Below are positions 38,501 to 50,459 of a stretch of DNA of 64,000 bases, one piece after another. How positions within the stretch are numbered: position 1 is the first letter of the stretch; each line of letters opens with the position of its first letter. A program made the position numbers and the translations under genes. The notes beneath the pieces were generated by a model, which was not told where the DNA came from, searched no databases, and saw only the letters and a list, made by a program, of their open reading frames with translations. This DNA comes from Isurus oxyrinchus (Eukaryota): the NCBI GenBank assembly GCA_026770705.1, contig JANJGN010000026.1, positions 33,480,001 through 33,544,000 on the forward strand. Direction: 5' to 3'.

Positions 38501-40346
38501 ATACTAGTGGCTGATTCAGTTATTCATGCAGTTGGCCATCTCTTATTTTATGTTAAAGAAGACGCTGTTCCGGTTTATATTATGCGAGGACATGACTCTT
38601 CGTATATTACTCTTGGCCCTGTGTTCGTTATTACTTGACTGGATCAAGCCAGGCATTATAATACTTGAAACCATGCCTAGTTACTGCTATAGTAGAAGCT
38701 GTTGCTGTTCATACGACACAAGGTCCCGTCCCTGCATATGTTACACTAGATGCTGATGTGTATATTATATTCTTTTTATTCATTTGTGGGGCGTACGCGT
38801 CGCTGGATAGGCCAGCATTTATTACCCATCCCTAATTGCCCTTGTTCAGAGGACATTTAAGAGCCAGCCACAATGCTGCGGGTCAGGAGACATATGTAGG
38901 CCAGTCCAGATGAGGACAGCAGGTTTCCATCCCTAAAGGAAGGAAGGGGCAGTATTGAACCAGACGGGTTATTACAACAATCGACAATGGTTTCATGAGA
39001 GCGATTTTGCCAAAAAAAGCAGTTCATCATCCGAGTAATTTAATTGAATGAAAATATTTTTTTATTATTTCATAATAATATAACATACAGATTAACCGTC
39101 TGCAAAAAAATAAATCACACATGGAAAGGATCTTGCCTGTTGTGGGAGAATCTAGAACTAGGAGTCACTGTTCAAAAATAACGGTTTCCCATTTCAAACA
39201 GAGATGAGAAGAATTTTTTCTCTCAAAAAAGTAGTAAGTCTTTGAAACTCCCTTCCTCAAAGGGCAGGGGAAACAGGGTCTTTGAATGTTTTCAAGGCAG
39301 AGGTAGATCGATTTTTGATAAACAAGGGAGTGAAAGGTAACCGGGGGTAGGAAGCAGGTTACAGCCAGATCAGACATCAGCATATGGAATACCATTGCAC
39401 TGTTTGACTGTCTGTAATAACCATGTTCAAATGTACGTTGTGTCTATTGATTGGATGGAAGCACCTCATGATCTCTGTGGAAAACTGGAATATGATTGCA
39501 CTTTTTGTGGTGGCCATTTTGGAATGTTTTGTAATGTTCTTTCAGATATTTTATGAATAAAGTATCTTTTTTTCCAAAAAAGAAAATAACCCGCTTCCTC
39601 TCAACTGGCTTTGGAAACCTTTACAACGAGTCGCCTCTCGCCGGCAGTACCAGTTTGCGGTACAGAAACAGAAAATTCTGGACATACTCGGCAGGCCGGG
39701 AAGCATCGGTGCAGAGCGAATCACAGTGAAAGTTTCATATCCGCGACATTTCACCTGAACTCAGTCTGAGGAGCTGCTGATTTCTGGCGAAAGGTCACAG
39801 ACTGAAACCTTCACTCTGTTTCTGGTTGTATTTCCAGCACTTTCTGTTTGTCTTTCGAATTTGGTTAACTTTCTGCAGCGAGACACAAGAGAGGTGGGGA
39901 AATATCACCCGCAGGACAATCGCAGGCGCATTCTTTTAGATAACTATTAGGTCACAAATTGGGATGAGAGTAAATATGCCTACATTTCGGATTCTTCAGT
40001 TTAAGGGCGGATTTTACTGTATAATTATACTAAAGTTCTTTAAGAATCGTCACACAACACCATAAGATAAACACTCAGGATCTCTCTCGGTTCCCTGCGA
40101 CACAGTCAGACAATGAAGCTCCCCACGTAGCAGAGACCGCACTGACTAACTGCCTCATCAGTCCGCCACTCTCTGCTGTGACCATCAGTATATCTAATGA
40201 AAGATCCTCCCTATTAGCATTCACTAGACAACCCGCCGCAGCCCTGCCCGTCTCTCCCGTTAGCTGTTCATGCTCTGAGCCTCCTGGCCCGCCTTGTGCT
40301 ATCAGTGAGATTGCTGCCGCTCCCCCGGAACAGTAACCAGGAGCGA

Positions 40347-40385
40347 GGTTTTTGTACAATGACTGCCGCATTTTGTCTCAGTGTG
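40347..40385 (-). other. 23-RSS
   Basis: CACACTG (40385-40379), 23 bp, ACAAAAACC (40355-40347). Confidence 0.9.
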
Positions 40386-40798
40386 AGGCTCAGCCGCACA
40401 GTAATAAACCGCGGCATCGGCGTTCCCCGTGTCTACAATGAGCAATTGGCCGCGTTTCTCCAACTCGGAAAGATTCAGTTCAAATCGTCGACTGCGCCCT
40501 TTGCTATTCGATATCTGCCTTATAATCCACTCCAGTCCCTGACCGGATTTCTGTCTGTACCAATGCATCACGTAGAATTCGGACAGCTCGGAGCTGCAGT
40601 CCATCTGCACCGAATCCCTGCTCTGGACTGTTTTCGAAGCGGGAGATTGAAGCACACGGTCCGAGAGACATCGACCTGGAAAAATATTCAGGGCATGAAA
40701 CACTGGAACAGAGAGATCAATAATGAAAAACTCACTCTGGGTCATTGGGTCACTGTCCTGTGCCTACCAGTTCGCATCGCCAAGATGACGGATAGCAT
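40386..40798 (-). CDS. TRAV/DV: TCR alpha/delta V segment with intact V exon (40675-40386) and a short 10-codon leader (40798-40768)
   Basis: Leader MLSVILAMRT|GTAGG. Exon RCLSDRVLQSPASKTVQSRDSVQMDCSSELSEFYVMHWYRQKSGQGLEWIIRQISNSKGRSRRFELNLSELEKRGQLLIVDTGNADAAVYYCAAEP. Confidence 0.82.
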
Positions 40799-41154
40799 CT
40801 TTAACTTCAACAAAACACGGTTGCTATGAGAATGTCAATTCGAAAACGGGACACAACTCACAACAGAAGGAAGGGAATCGTTTCAAGAGATTAAAATGTT
40901 GGCTAATTAAAGTCAATGATGGATACTGAATGTCTACGTCACGTATTTATTTTTCCCGCTCCTAATTGGCTGGAAATTGATATTGTTCGCCGGATATAAG
41001 GAGGCGGGTTGTTGGTCCGCTGCTCATTTCCCTTACGGTTCAAGTCTGAACCGATCAGTTGTCTGAAGACCAGCAGCTTCTTCCGCTCCGGGTGGATGGA
41101 AGTGAAGGGAAGCACGTCTATTGATGAGACTCACTCTCGTAAGCGACCAACCCG

Positions 41155-43575
41155 ACACTATTTCTATTTCTTTATCCATAACAAGCTTAGATTGTACCAT
41201 GTTGTGGTCGCTATCACGAAAATGCTCCCCCACCACCACCTCAGCCACCTGTCCGGCTTCTTTTCCCAGAATTAGATCCAGCACTGCGCCGTCCCTTGTT
41301 AGGCCCTCTACATATTGGCCTACAAAGCTCTCCTGTACACATTTCAAGAAATCCACTCCATCCAAGCCCTTAACACTATGTCTATCCCAATTAAATTTGG
41401 GAAAGTTGAAATCACCTAATATAATTACCCTTTTGTTATTGTTTTTACACACCTCCACAATTTGCGTACAAATTTGCTCCTCAATATCCCGCTGACTATT
41501 TGGGGGTCCATAATAAACGCCTAACAATGTGGCTTCCCATTTTTTATTCCTAAACTCTATCCACAAATCTTCATTCGATCCCCCCACCAAGATATCATCT
41601 CTCCTTACTGAAGTAACTGACTCCTTAACTAATTATGCAATGCCTCCTCCTCTTTTACCCCCTCCCTGTCTCGCCTGAAGATTCTATATCCCGGAATGTT
41701 CAGCTGCCAATCCTGCCCCTCCCTCAACCACGTCTCAGTGATGGCTATTATATCACAATTCCAAGTGTCAATCCTCACCCTTAACTCAGCCGTTTGACAT
41801 GTAATTCTCCTGGCATTAAAGTCGAGGCCATCTAGCCTTGCCTTACTTCTTTGAAGCTTAATGTAGCTGTTCTCCCTCTGACTTGTATTATGATGCATCT
41901 CTCTTCTTCCAAAATTGTGTGTCCCCTCCCCCTGCTGAATTAGTTTAAACTCCTCCCAACAGCACTAGAAAACTCGCCCGCAAGGATGTTAGTCCTGCTC
42001 TGGTGCAGGTGTAAGCTGTCCCACTTGTACAGGACCCACCTTCCCCAGAAACGTTCCCAGTGATCCAGGAATCTAACTCATCCTCCTGCATCAGCTCTTA
42101 AGCCACATATTCATCTGCGCTATTCTCTTATTTCTGAGCTCACAACACGTGGCACTGAGAGTAATCCGGGGTTTACAACCCGAGAGGTCTTGCTTTTTAG
42201 TCTATTGCCTAACTCCTTGAAATCTTGCTGCAAGTCATCATCACTCTTTCTCCCTACGTCACTGGTACCAACATGCACCATTACCAGTGCCTTATCCCCC
42301 TCCCCATTCAGGATGACCTGCAGCTGTTCAGTGACATCCCGGACCCTGGCACCAGGGAGGCAACACATCATCATGGAGTCACGTTGACGGCGACTGTAGC
42401 GCCTATCTTTTCCCCTGACTATAGAATCACCTGTTACTATTGTTCTTTCTCCCTACCTCTCCTCCTGTACAGACAGACTGCTTGTGGTGCCAGAAGCTTG
42501 TCTCTGTCTGCGCTCCCTAGAGGAGCTGGCGCCCTCATCAGCCTCGAAAATGGAATACCAATTTATGAGCGGGGCCTTAGGGGACTCCTGAACTCCCTGC
42601 CTGTTTCTTTTGGATTGCCTGATGGTCACCCATTCCCTTCCTCCATTAAGTCCCTTCAGTTGCTGCGTGACCACCTCTGCAAACGTGCTAACCATGACTT
42701 GCGGATGCTCTACAGTGTCCCCAGCCACCATTCCAGCTCTGAAACCCGAGATTCCAGGAGCTGCAGCTGGACACAACTCCTACACACATGCTAGCCCTGG
42801 GCAATGGAAATGTTCCCGGCTTCCCACATGGAGAACGAGGAGCACATCCCGGATTTGAGCTCTCCTGCCATGTTATAACCCTTTGAATTAAACCTTTTAA
42901 ATCAGTTACTCTAGGGTCCTTCTTCCTGATCCTTGTTATTACAGAATATACAAGCTACAAACCACAAAAAGATCTTAAACTATACGCAATGAAGATAGTA
43001 AATACATACCCGACTTTACCCACTACTTACCAGTCATTCCTTTCCCTTGTAGCCTCTACTGCTGCAGCAGGGCAAGGCCACTCTCTGAAGATTTAAGAAG
43101 TTGTATAGCAAAGTTAAAATACAAAGACCACCTCTTCCCCTCTGCACCGAATCCCCACTGTGTACCAAATTGCCAATACCAATACCCACACTCACTCTGG
43201 CTGTGCCTCCCTCAAGATGACATCTCTCCCCTGTTCGTGTGCAAGCACACTGTCGTGTGCTTCTAAATAGTCAATTTCTTAATTAGAACTGAGGTGAGCT
43301 GAGATGACTGACACTAGTTAAGCTTCAAATAGTAATCAACGCCTATGAAGGCCCTAATCAGGCTTCAAGTGATTAACAGTTAACTGTCACACAGTCAGTT
43401 GCATCAGCTCCCTTACCAACCTGTCAACTAGAATACTGTAGTTACAAAAGTTAAAGAGAAATTAAAGAGAAAGACTTACCAGTTCAATTCCAACTGTGCA
43501 CCAAATTGCCAGTGCCCACACTCACTCTGGCTGTGCCTCACTCAGGATGAGATCACTCACGTGTTCATGTGCAAG
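41155..43575 (-). mobile_element. CR1 LINE, 5' UTR, ORF1 (SGNH esterase) and ORF2 endonuclease, 3' truncated and degenerate
   Basis: ORF1 CCLPGARVRDVTEQLQ..VMVHVGTSDVGR. ORF2 DIIAITETWLREGQDWQLNIPGYRIFRRDR..YYGPPNS..ILGDFNFP..LDLILG..DSDHN. The 5' boundary is inferred from where similarity to the 62885-64000 paralog breaks. Confidence 0.85.
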
Positions 43576-43586
43576 CACCACGTTCA

Positions 43587-43625
43587 GGTTTTTGTACAGC
43601 TGTCTCCGTGCTCTGTATCACTGTG
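43587..43625 (-). other. 23-RSS of supporting V-delta 1
   Basis: CACAGTG (43625-43619), 23 bp, ACAAAAACC (43595-43587). Confidence 0.95.
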
Positions 43626-43934
43626 CTGTGCGTTGACTCAGTGCACAGTAATACACAACGGAGTCGCTCAGTTGTAGTCTGGAGACAGTTAACCGGCTGA
43701 TTTTCTCAGCAGGATCGATCGAAGCAGAAATTCTCCCTCCCACAGCGTTTTCTTTATTTTCTTCTCCTGCAGTGTGTCTCTGAAGCAGATAATCCGGAGC
43801 CTGGCCGGGAGACTGACGGTACCAGTGTACTGTGTACTGACAGAACCTGACCGAATATTCACATCTTAAAGTAATGGTGTCACCGGCAGGATACGTTTGT
43901 ACAGGCGGATTCTGGGATATCATGGAACTGGAAT
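43626..43934 (-). CDS. TRDV: NAR-TCR supporting TCR-delta V segment (leaderless, CDR1 Cys)
   Basis: Acceptor CCTCCAG|AT. Exon DSSSMISQNPPVQTYPAGDTITLRCEYSVRFCQYTVHWYRQSPGQAPDYLLQRHTAGEENKENAVGGRISASIDPAEKISRLTVSRLQLSDSVVYYCALSQRT. Extra Cys in CDR1, no leader seen nearby, lies downstream of a NAR-TCR J. Confidence 0.92.
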
Positions 43935-46815
43935 CTGGAGGATAAAAAACCGAACATTATCTTTTAGTTTTGCCACTGTTTATCCAGCTAAATATATCAA
44001 TCACGTCAATAGCTCTGCTTTTTGCAGTAATTTTATTTGCTGGAAGCCTGTTTGAACCGTGTTCATTCTTACGAAATTATGAAGTGGGGAACTCTTCCAA
44101 TTAGGACTGCACTGTCTGAATTGGTGTTGGGTACAGATTCTATTGTAACTTTCAAACGGGTAATGGATCTCTGCTGGAAATATTAATAAAAATATAGAGC
44201 AATGGAGAAACTTCATGGGCAGTGGGAACAATTGGATTGCACTTTTAAAGGGTCAGCGCCTACACGATGGGCCGAATGTCATCCTTCCGTGCCGTATGAT
44301 TCCATTAATTATAATACATTCCCGTTTCTATTTTCCCTGGTGAGAGACAAACCCGAGGGAACATTTGATGTTCAGCGAGGCAACCAGTTTCCAAAAGAAA
44401 ACATGTTTGTCCGAGAGGAACACAGCTGTGCACAGCCAGATCCAACACAAACTGATGGGTATCATCAGCACCGATTGGGCAAAACCGAGAGTGAGCACAA
44501 GTGGTCAAAGGCCAATCATTTCCTGCGGTTTAGAAGTACACGGAAATTTCTATTTGCCTTTTGCTCTATTTCTCTATGTTCTATTAGTGTGTCCTATTTT
44601 CTCCAGTTCAGCTTAATTTCAAATATGTGCAATTAATTTTATTTTATTTCTTTAATTTCACATTCCCTTTATTTCACATTTTCTTTGTGCTGTTTGCGCT
44701 TATTGCAATCGTGGGAACTTGCCCCAAAGTCTCTCAGTTGTCGGTTGGGTTCAGTCTGTTCAGTTTCCGCAGTGGTTTTACTGTTACTCACTGGGAACTG
44801 CCTCTTCCGGCTCTCTGACAATTTCAATTCTTTCCGCACGTTAACTGATTGTCTCCCGGGTTCACTGGGTGGAGTTTTCTCTCAATTATCGAGGAAGAAG
44901 AATGCGGAAGAGGAATGGACCATTCAGCCTGTGTATATGATCAATTCCAGCCGCACCTCACCAGAAATCTAATTGACCATTTACATCCAGCTCCCTGTAT
45001 CAGTCTGTTCCGTTCTCCCTCCTGTATTCAAATAAATATATCAATAGCAACTGCTCCAACCACTCCCTGAGGCAGCAAGTTCCACACTCCGACCTGCCTT
45101 TGTTTAAATACATTTGTCTTAAATGATTTATTTGTTTTGTTCATGAATGTCATATGGTGACGGCTATTGATTTAGACTCAGCCATAAATGAGCAATTTAT
45201 CCACACTAAAACCAATTATTGTTTAAAATATTTCTATGGATTCTCCTTGTGGTTCTGTTTTCCAGAAAAAAGAGACCCAGCCTGTTCAATCTTCCCACAG
45301 AGATGTGGGAATTGTTGCTGATTTATTTTCTGAGGAGTGTAAGAAATTAAAGCAGAGAATCCGATCAATAGAAACAGGAGCCGCCATATCACTATTCAAA
45401 TCTGCTCAGACATTCAGTAATATTCTGGCTGATTTACAACCTCAACGTCACATTCCCGCACTCTCCCCATATCCCTGATCCTTTTAGCGTCCAAAAACTT
45501 ATCGAATATTGTCTTGAATGCACACAGGTTTTGAACACCCACCGCTCTCGGAGTTACACAATGCCACAGATTCACAGCAATGGCTCTACTGAAGATATTT
45601 TTTCCTTCTCAGTTCTAATGGATGATTCTTTATTCTGAAGCGGTGTCCCCGAGTTCTATATTCTTCAGTCTGGGGAAACTACGACCTAGAATTTGCCCTG
45701 TCGAGGCCCTTCAGTGTATCACATGTTTCCATGAGATCATCTCTCATTCTTCTAAACTCTAGGAAATATCAACCGAGAAGACTAAATCTCTTCCCATTGG
45801 ACAATCCCTTCATATCAGGAATCAGTCGGATAAACATTTGCTGCACCAATTCTATTACAGATTGATCTCTGTAAGGGGGCCAAACCTTCACAGCATTCCG
45901 GAGTGGAGTCTATTTCAGTCCTTCCCTCCATAAACCTCACCCACCTGGGGGTCGGATTGTACTTTGAAAGGCGCCCAGAAATCATCCAATCCCTCTCTCC
46001 CTTTCGATTAATTTTGTCTTGCTGGTTCTAAATGAGCATTCTCCTAGTTTATAATTGTTTCCTTATGTTTCTGTTCTCCTTCATAAGATTAATGCATCAT
46101 CTTCATTCTCTCACTGCACTGCGTTGCTTTAATTCACAGTAATCTGTGATACAGATAAATTACAGCAATCCCATCTCTCAAATATTTCCATTCAATATAG
46201 AGAAGCGTCTGCAGTTTCAAACTTTCACATTTCGGACTCAGGACGGGAAAGGAGAAGAGTGATTGGTTCTGCGAAGACAATTGAAAGAAATGGGGGGGAC
46301 AATGTCACTAATTGCAGTCACAGATTGTCCAATAATAAAATTCAACCTAGACTCATATCAGGGTCTCTTATAACTGAGGCCCATTGTGTCACTCGCCCGT
46401 TTCTTTCCCGGGTCAGGTATTGAACGAGCCGCTGCAGTTATCCGAATGGCCGCAGTTGTATTGAGTTTATTCACCGGGTACATCATTTACATTGCGCGGC
46501 TCGGACTGCAATCTGCTGCCCAGGGGAGAGCTCTGTGACCCCGCTTCCGAGCTCTAAGGGACAGACAGAACTTCCTCGGTCACAGTTAACACCGGGAGTG
46601 GAGTCCGGATTGCCGACAATCTCAGCTCGTTAAAAGCGATTCAGAGTGTGCGAGTCCGTGATGTTGATGTTGTCCCCGATGTGCCCGTTAAACCAATAAT
46701 GGTCCACATTCCGTCAACTCCCACATCCCCTCAAACTCCACTGATATCAATAATAAACTGACTGTGAACATTACACGGGACAGGCTGTAAGTCGGCGGAG
46801 TTTGGTGTTACTTAC

Positions 46816-46907
46816 CGGCTGTGACAGTCACCACTGTCCCCGATCCATCCCGATAGTCAGTAACCCACCACAGTGACACCGCTCTCAGTCTCCCCTGTAC
46901 AACAACC
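46816..46907 (-). CDS. NAR-TCR J segment (46868-46816) with 5' 23-RSS
   Basis: GGTTGTTGT-23-CACTGTG, then WVTDYRDGSGTVVTVTA and a phase-1 G|GTAAGT donor, in phase with the supporting V-delta exon. Confidence 0.92.
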
Positions 46908-47221
46908 AGGACTTCTCACCCTGCCGGAAAATCATCATCCGACAGTAGAAACTGCCCAATTATTCAGTGGATTTATATAAATTAACAATATTCAACCTTT
47001 CAAAGTCTCTGTCGTTTCAAACTGTTCTTTGTGAGGTCCTGAGCTCCGAGTAAATGGTCCCTGGAACGAGATGTTCGCTTGATATAAACTGAGAAAAATA
47101 TCAAAGAAATATAAATGAATGGTGGTAATTACAATGAAATGTAACCAGATTACAGCGAAAATAACATCAACCCGACAATTCACTATCCGGGCCCAGAGAA
47201 TTTATATTGCGATCGTGGAGA

Positions 47222-47294
47222 GGTATTTGCTCAGGTGTCTTCTACTGTGACTTTCCCATCCATCCACACAGTGTTACAAGTCAGTAAAAATCCC
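47222..47294 (-). other. NAR-TCR D segment (47266-47250, TGGATGGATGGGAAAGT) flanked by two 12-RSSs
   Basis: Plus strand: GGTATTTGC-12-TACTGTG, 17 bp, CACAGTG-12-AAAAATCCC. Lies between the NAR V and J. All three frames are open. Confidence 0.88.
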
Positions 47295-47620
47295 CCGGGT
47301 TCTTGGTGAAATTTGGGGACATTAGTTAAACAGCGGGCACTGCGGTTCCCGGTTGCAGCAGTTAGACCAGGATCACATCTGGTGTCAGGAGTTTGCAAAT
47401 GGGATCAGTCATTCCCAATCCCCACTCACTGACACCAATCCCAGGAAAGACATCACCATCCGCTCACATTCGGCATTTAAAAAGCTCAAGCTATTAACGG
47501 CAATAATCCAATCTTATTATAAACTAGTCTGTGAGGCAGACGGTGTGAGGCGGAACTGTGGGGGGTTTAACTGCAGAATTAACTCCGATTTCTCATTTGT
47601 TTCTGTGATAATCTGCAGTG

Positions 47621-47658
47621 AGTTTTTGTACCGTGTGAAGCCAAGACCCATCACTGTG
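47621..47658 (-). other. RSS of NAR-TCR V (22-bp spacer)
   Basis: CACAGTG (47658-47652), 22 bp, ACAAAAACT (47629-47621). Confidence 0.9.
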
Positions 47659-48132
47659 TTCTTTGCACTCGTACTGAGCTTGACAGTAATAGGTGGCGGT
47701 GTCTTCGACTCTCAATTCCCGAATTTCCAGCGAAAATGTCTTTTCTGCTTTATTCACCGACACAACAAATCTCCCCCCGCTGGAGATCCGCTTCCGCTCT
47801 GTCCCGGTCTGGTTTTGCCTGAAGAAATATCCATTTTCTAAATAATAATAGTAACCATTTAAAACACAGGTGATGGTGAGAGACTGACACTCCTTCCTGG
47901 TCACCGCTGCCGGGGTCTGTGTCACTGACTGACTGAAAGAGCCTGGAAATTAAACAGAGATAGTTTAATGGACCATCAGAGCCGAACCTCAGAACGGGGT
48001 TAAAACCCCGGACAGTGTCGGTAATTGGGATGGACTCGGGCGGCTTTATATTAACTCCACACAATGTCGGTTTGTTGATCGGTACTCACGGGGTACGCAG
48101 ACACACAGGATGAAAGCAAGGAGGATTCCCAT
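47659..48132 (-). CDS. NAR-TCR V segment (IgNAR-like V domain); leader 48132-48090, V exon 47942-47659
   Basis: Leader MGILLAFILCVCVP|GTGAGT. Exon SFSQSVTQTPAAVTRKECQSLTITCVLNGYYYYLENGYFFRQNQTGTERKRISSGGRFVVSVNKAEKTFSLEIRELRVEDTATYYCQAQYECKE has the VNAR-type FR2/CDR2 deletion and an extra FR1 Cys. Confidence 0.93.
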
Positions 48133-48149
48133 CGTTCTGCTGCCTGGAG

Positions 48150-48260
48150 CTGAGGGTTTATATGACAGGGAGCTGGAGACTGCAGCCCTGGACAGCACTG
48201 GGAGACCGGACCTCAGAGCTGGACTGAAATACTTTAGCGGGATCGAGTTTATTTGCACGG
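48150..48260 (-). promoter_or_regulatory. NAR-TCR V promoter (TATA and octamer-like motif)
   Basis: CATATAAACC about 25 bp upstream of the ATG. GTGCAAAT (7/8 match to ATGCAAAT) at 48258-48251. Confidence 0.45.
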
Positions 48261-48993
48261 GACAGTTTCGCTGAGATCATTGATGGGTCGCACGATTCCC
48301 GGGTCGCTGTCTAAGTGTTGCGTGAATAAGAGACAGGTTTTTAAAAGGAGGCTGCAATTTTCTGACTATTCATTTGGGCTGTGATTCGGATGTGAAAGCC
48401 CCTCCCACAACACTCTGGTGTACAGAGGTGGGGGATGGGAGCTTTTCTTTCCGCCAGTTGTGCTGCCACATTCCTTTCCCCACAGTGCTGAACTGGGAAG
48501 TCGGAGCATGTGTTTGTATTGGGTGGTGTTTGCCTGTGAGCTCAGGACACCGAGAGAAACCCCCGACTCGCTCTTATTGCAATATTCCGGAGATTTCCCC
48601 TGTCATTTAGCCAAATGGTTCCTGCACTAGCCCTGCGGTGGGTTACATGTTAAATGGTGCTTAATTTCAGCCACGTTTGACTTCCAAATTGGGAATATTC
48701 AGAATTTCTGTTTGCAGTCACTGAGAATGAATGAAACGACACTCGGGAGGACAATAGACATTCGGGGGGTGTCTTTAAAGATCACAGTCACTACCTTCTG
48801 TTCTGAAATCTGTTTATGGTGTATAATTATCTCTCAACCAGCAACAGCAACACTCAGTCTAATAAACCCCGTGACAAGGCCGATGTTCGAGGCTTCACAA
48901 AGCTGACAGCGGAGTTCGGGAAAATGCTGCTCAACATTGCGTACAGGGACGGAAAGGCCATTAAAGGGCGAAACGGAAATTAAGAACCGCAGC

Positions 48994-49318
48994 ACGTCGC
49001 ACAAACATGGCCGACAGTACGTCACAAAAACACGAACAACAGTGCGTCACACAAACCGGGCCGACAGTTTCGTCACACAAACATGGCCGACAGTACGTCA
49101 CACAAACATAGCCGACTGTACGTCACAAAAACATGATCGACAGTTTCGTCACACAAAGATGATCGACATTACATCACACAAACCTGGCCGACAGCTTTGT
49201 CACAACAACATTGCCGACAGTACGTAACGCAAACATGGCCAATAGTACTTCATACAAACATGGCCAGCTGTACGTCACACAAACACGATCGACAGTACGT
49301 CTCACAAACATGGCCGAT
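48994..49318. repeat. 25-26 bp minisatellite, about 13 copies
   Basis: Consensus CGTCACACAAACATGGCCGACAGTA, with GTCAC at 49021, 49046, 49072, 49097, 49122 and onward. Confidence 0.9.
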
Positions 49319-50459
49319 GATTTGAGATGCAATGTATAAAACCCACATTTTTTTCTGCACGTCCGGCCAATTGCTGTCAGCTTTGTTAACGTGATAAAGT
49401 GCTGCTTTGAGAATAATAATTAGTGTAAATCACTGTTAAGGTAAACATATAAATGTATAGTGCAAATAAGCATAGATAATATATGGCCAAGAATGGCATT
49501 AACAAAGGCACGGCCTCGTGTAACATAAATAGAAGCTGAGTCTATTTCAGTATTAACGGAAAAAAGGCCTGGAGTAAGGCAACTAGAAATTGGGTCTAGT
49601 GTAATGTAAACAAGAGTTTGGTTTAGACCCGAAATAACAAAGATAGGGCCTACTGAAATATAAACAAGATCAAGGGTTATGAGATAATAGTTCAGACAGG
49701 TCTCTAGATAACATGACATGGTTTAATGTAATTTACACAGAGGCATAGGCTATTATAGTACTGTCGTAGTGCAAAATCAGCAGGATTATGGCCTAGTGCA
49801 ATGTAAACTCAATCATGTCCTAGTGCAAAAGAGCATAGAAAATGGCCAGTGTAATATAAACCGAGACGGAGTCTCATTCAGTCGTAAATCAGGCAAGGCC
49901 TAGCGTCATACAAGCAGAGACATGTCAAATGCCGCAATAAAGGAGATGATGTCTCATGTACCTTAAACAGAGACACAGGTTAATGTAATATAAAGAGTGA
50001 GATTCACTGGTGTAATACCGAGACAGGATATTGCTGAACACTAACAGAGTTCATCTATTGCAATAATAACTGAGATTTGGCCTAGGGAAACATAGAAGGA
50101 TATGCACCCTATTGCAAATTAATGGAAAAAGGGACGAATGCAACATAAAGTGAGGTGTGGTCTAGTGTAGTTCGACTGAGGTAGTGCCTGGTGTAATATA
50201 AATATAAACATTAAGATATTGTAGTCAGTAATAACAAAAATTGTGCCTGGTGTAACATAAGTGGAGGCAAATCTAATGCAGTAATAGCAAAGACATCATT
50301 TAGTGTGACAGTCCAGTGCAGTAATAAATGAGGTGAGCTCTGGTTTAATATAAGCAGATGCATTGTACAGTGCAGCAATAAATGATTATTGCTTAATTCT
50401 GGAATAATTGTGTACAACCAGGTACTGAGCTCATGTCATTTGTTTTCGCACCTATTTTG

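Noticed and set aside
46816-48132. Interpretation as an IgNAR cluster
   Set aside because: There is only one D, no IgNAR constant exons follow, and the J is followed by a CDR1-Cys V-delta within a TCR V array.
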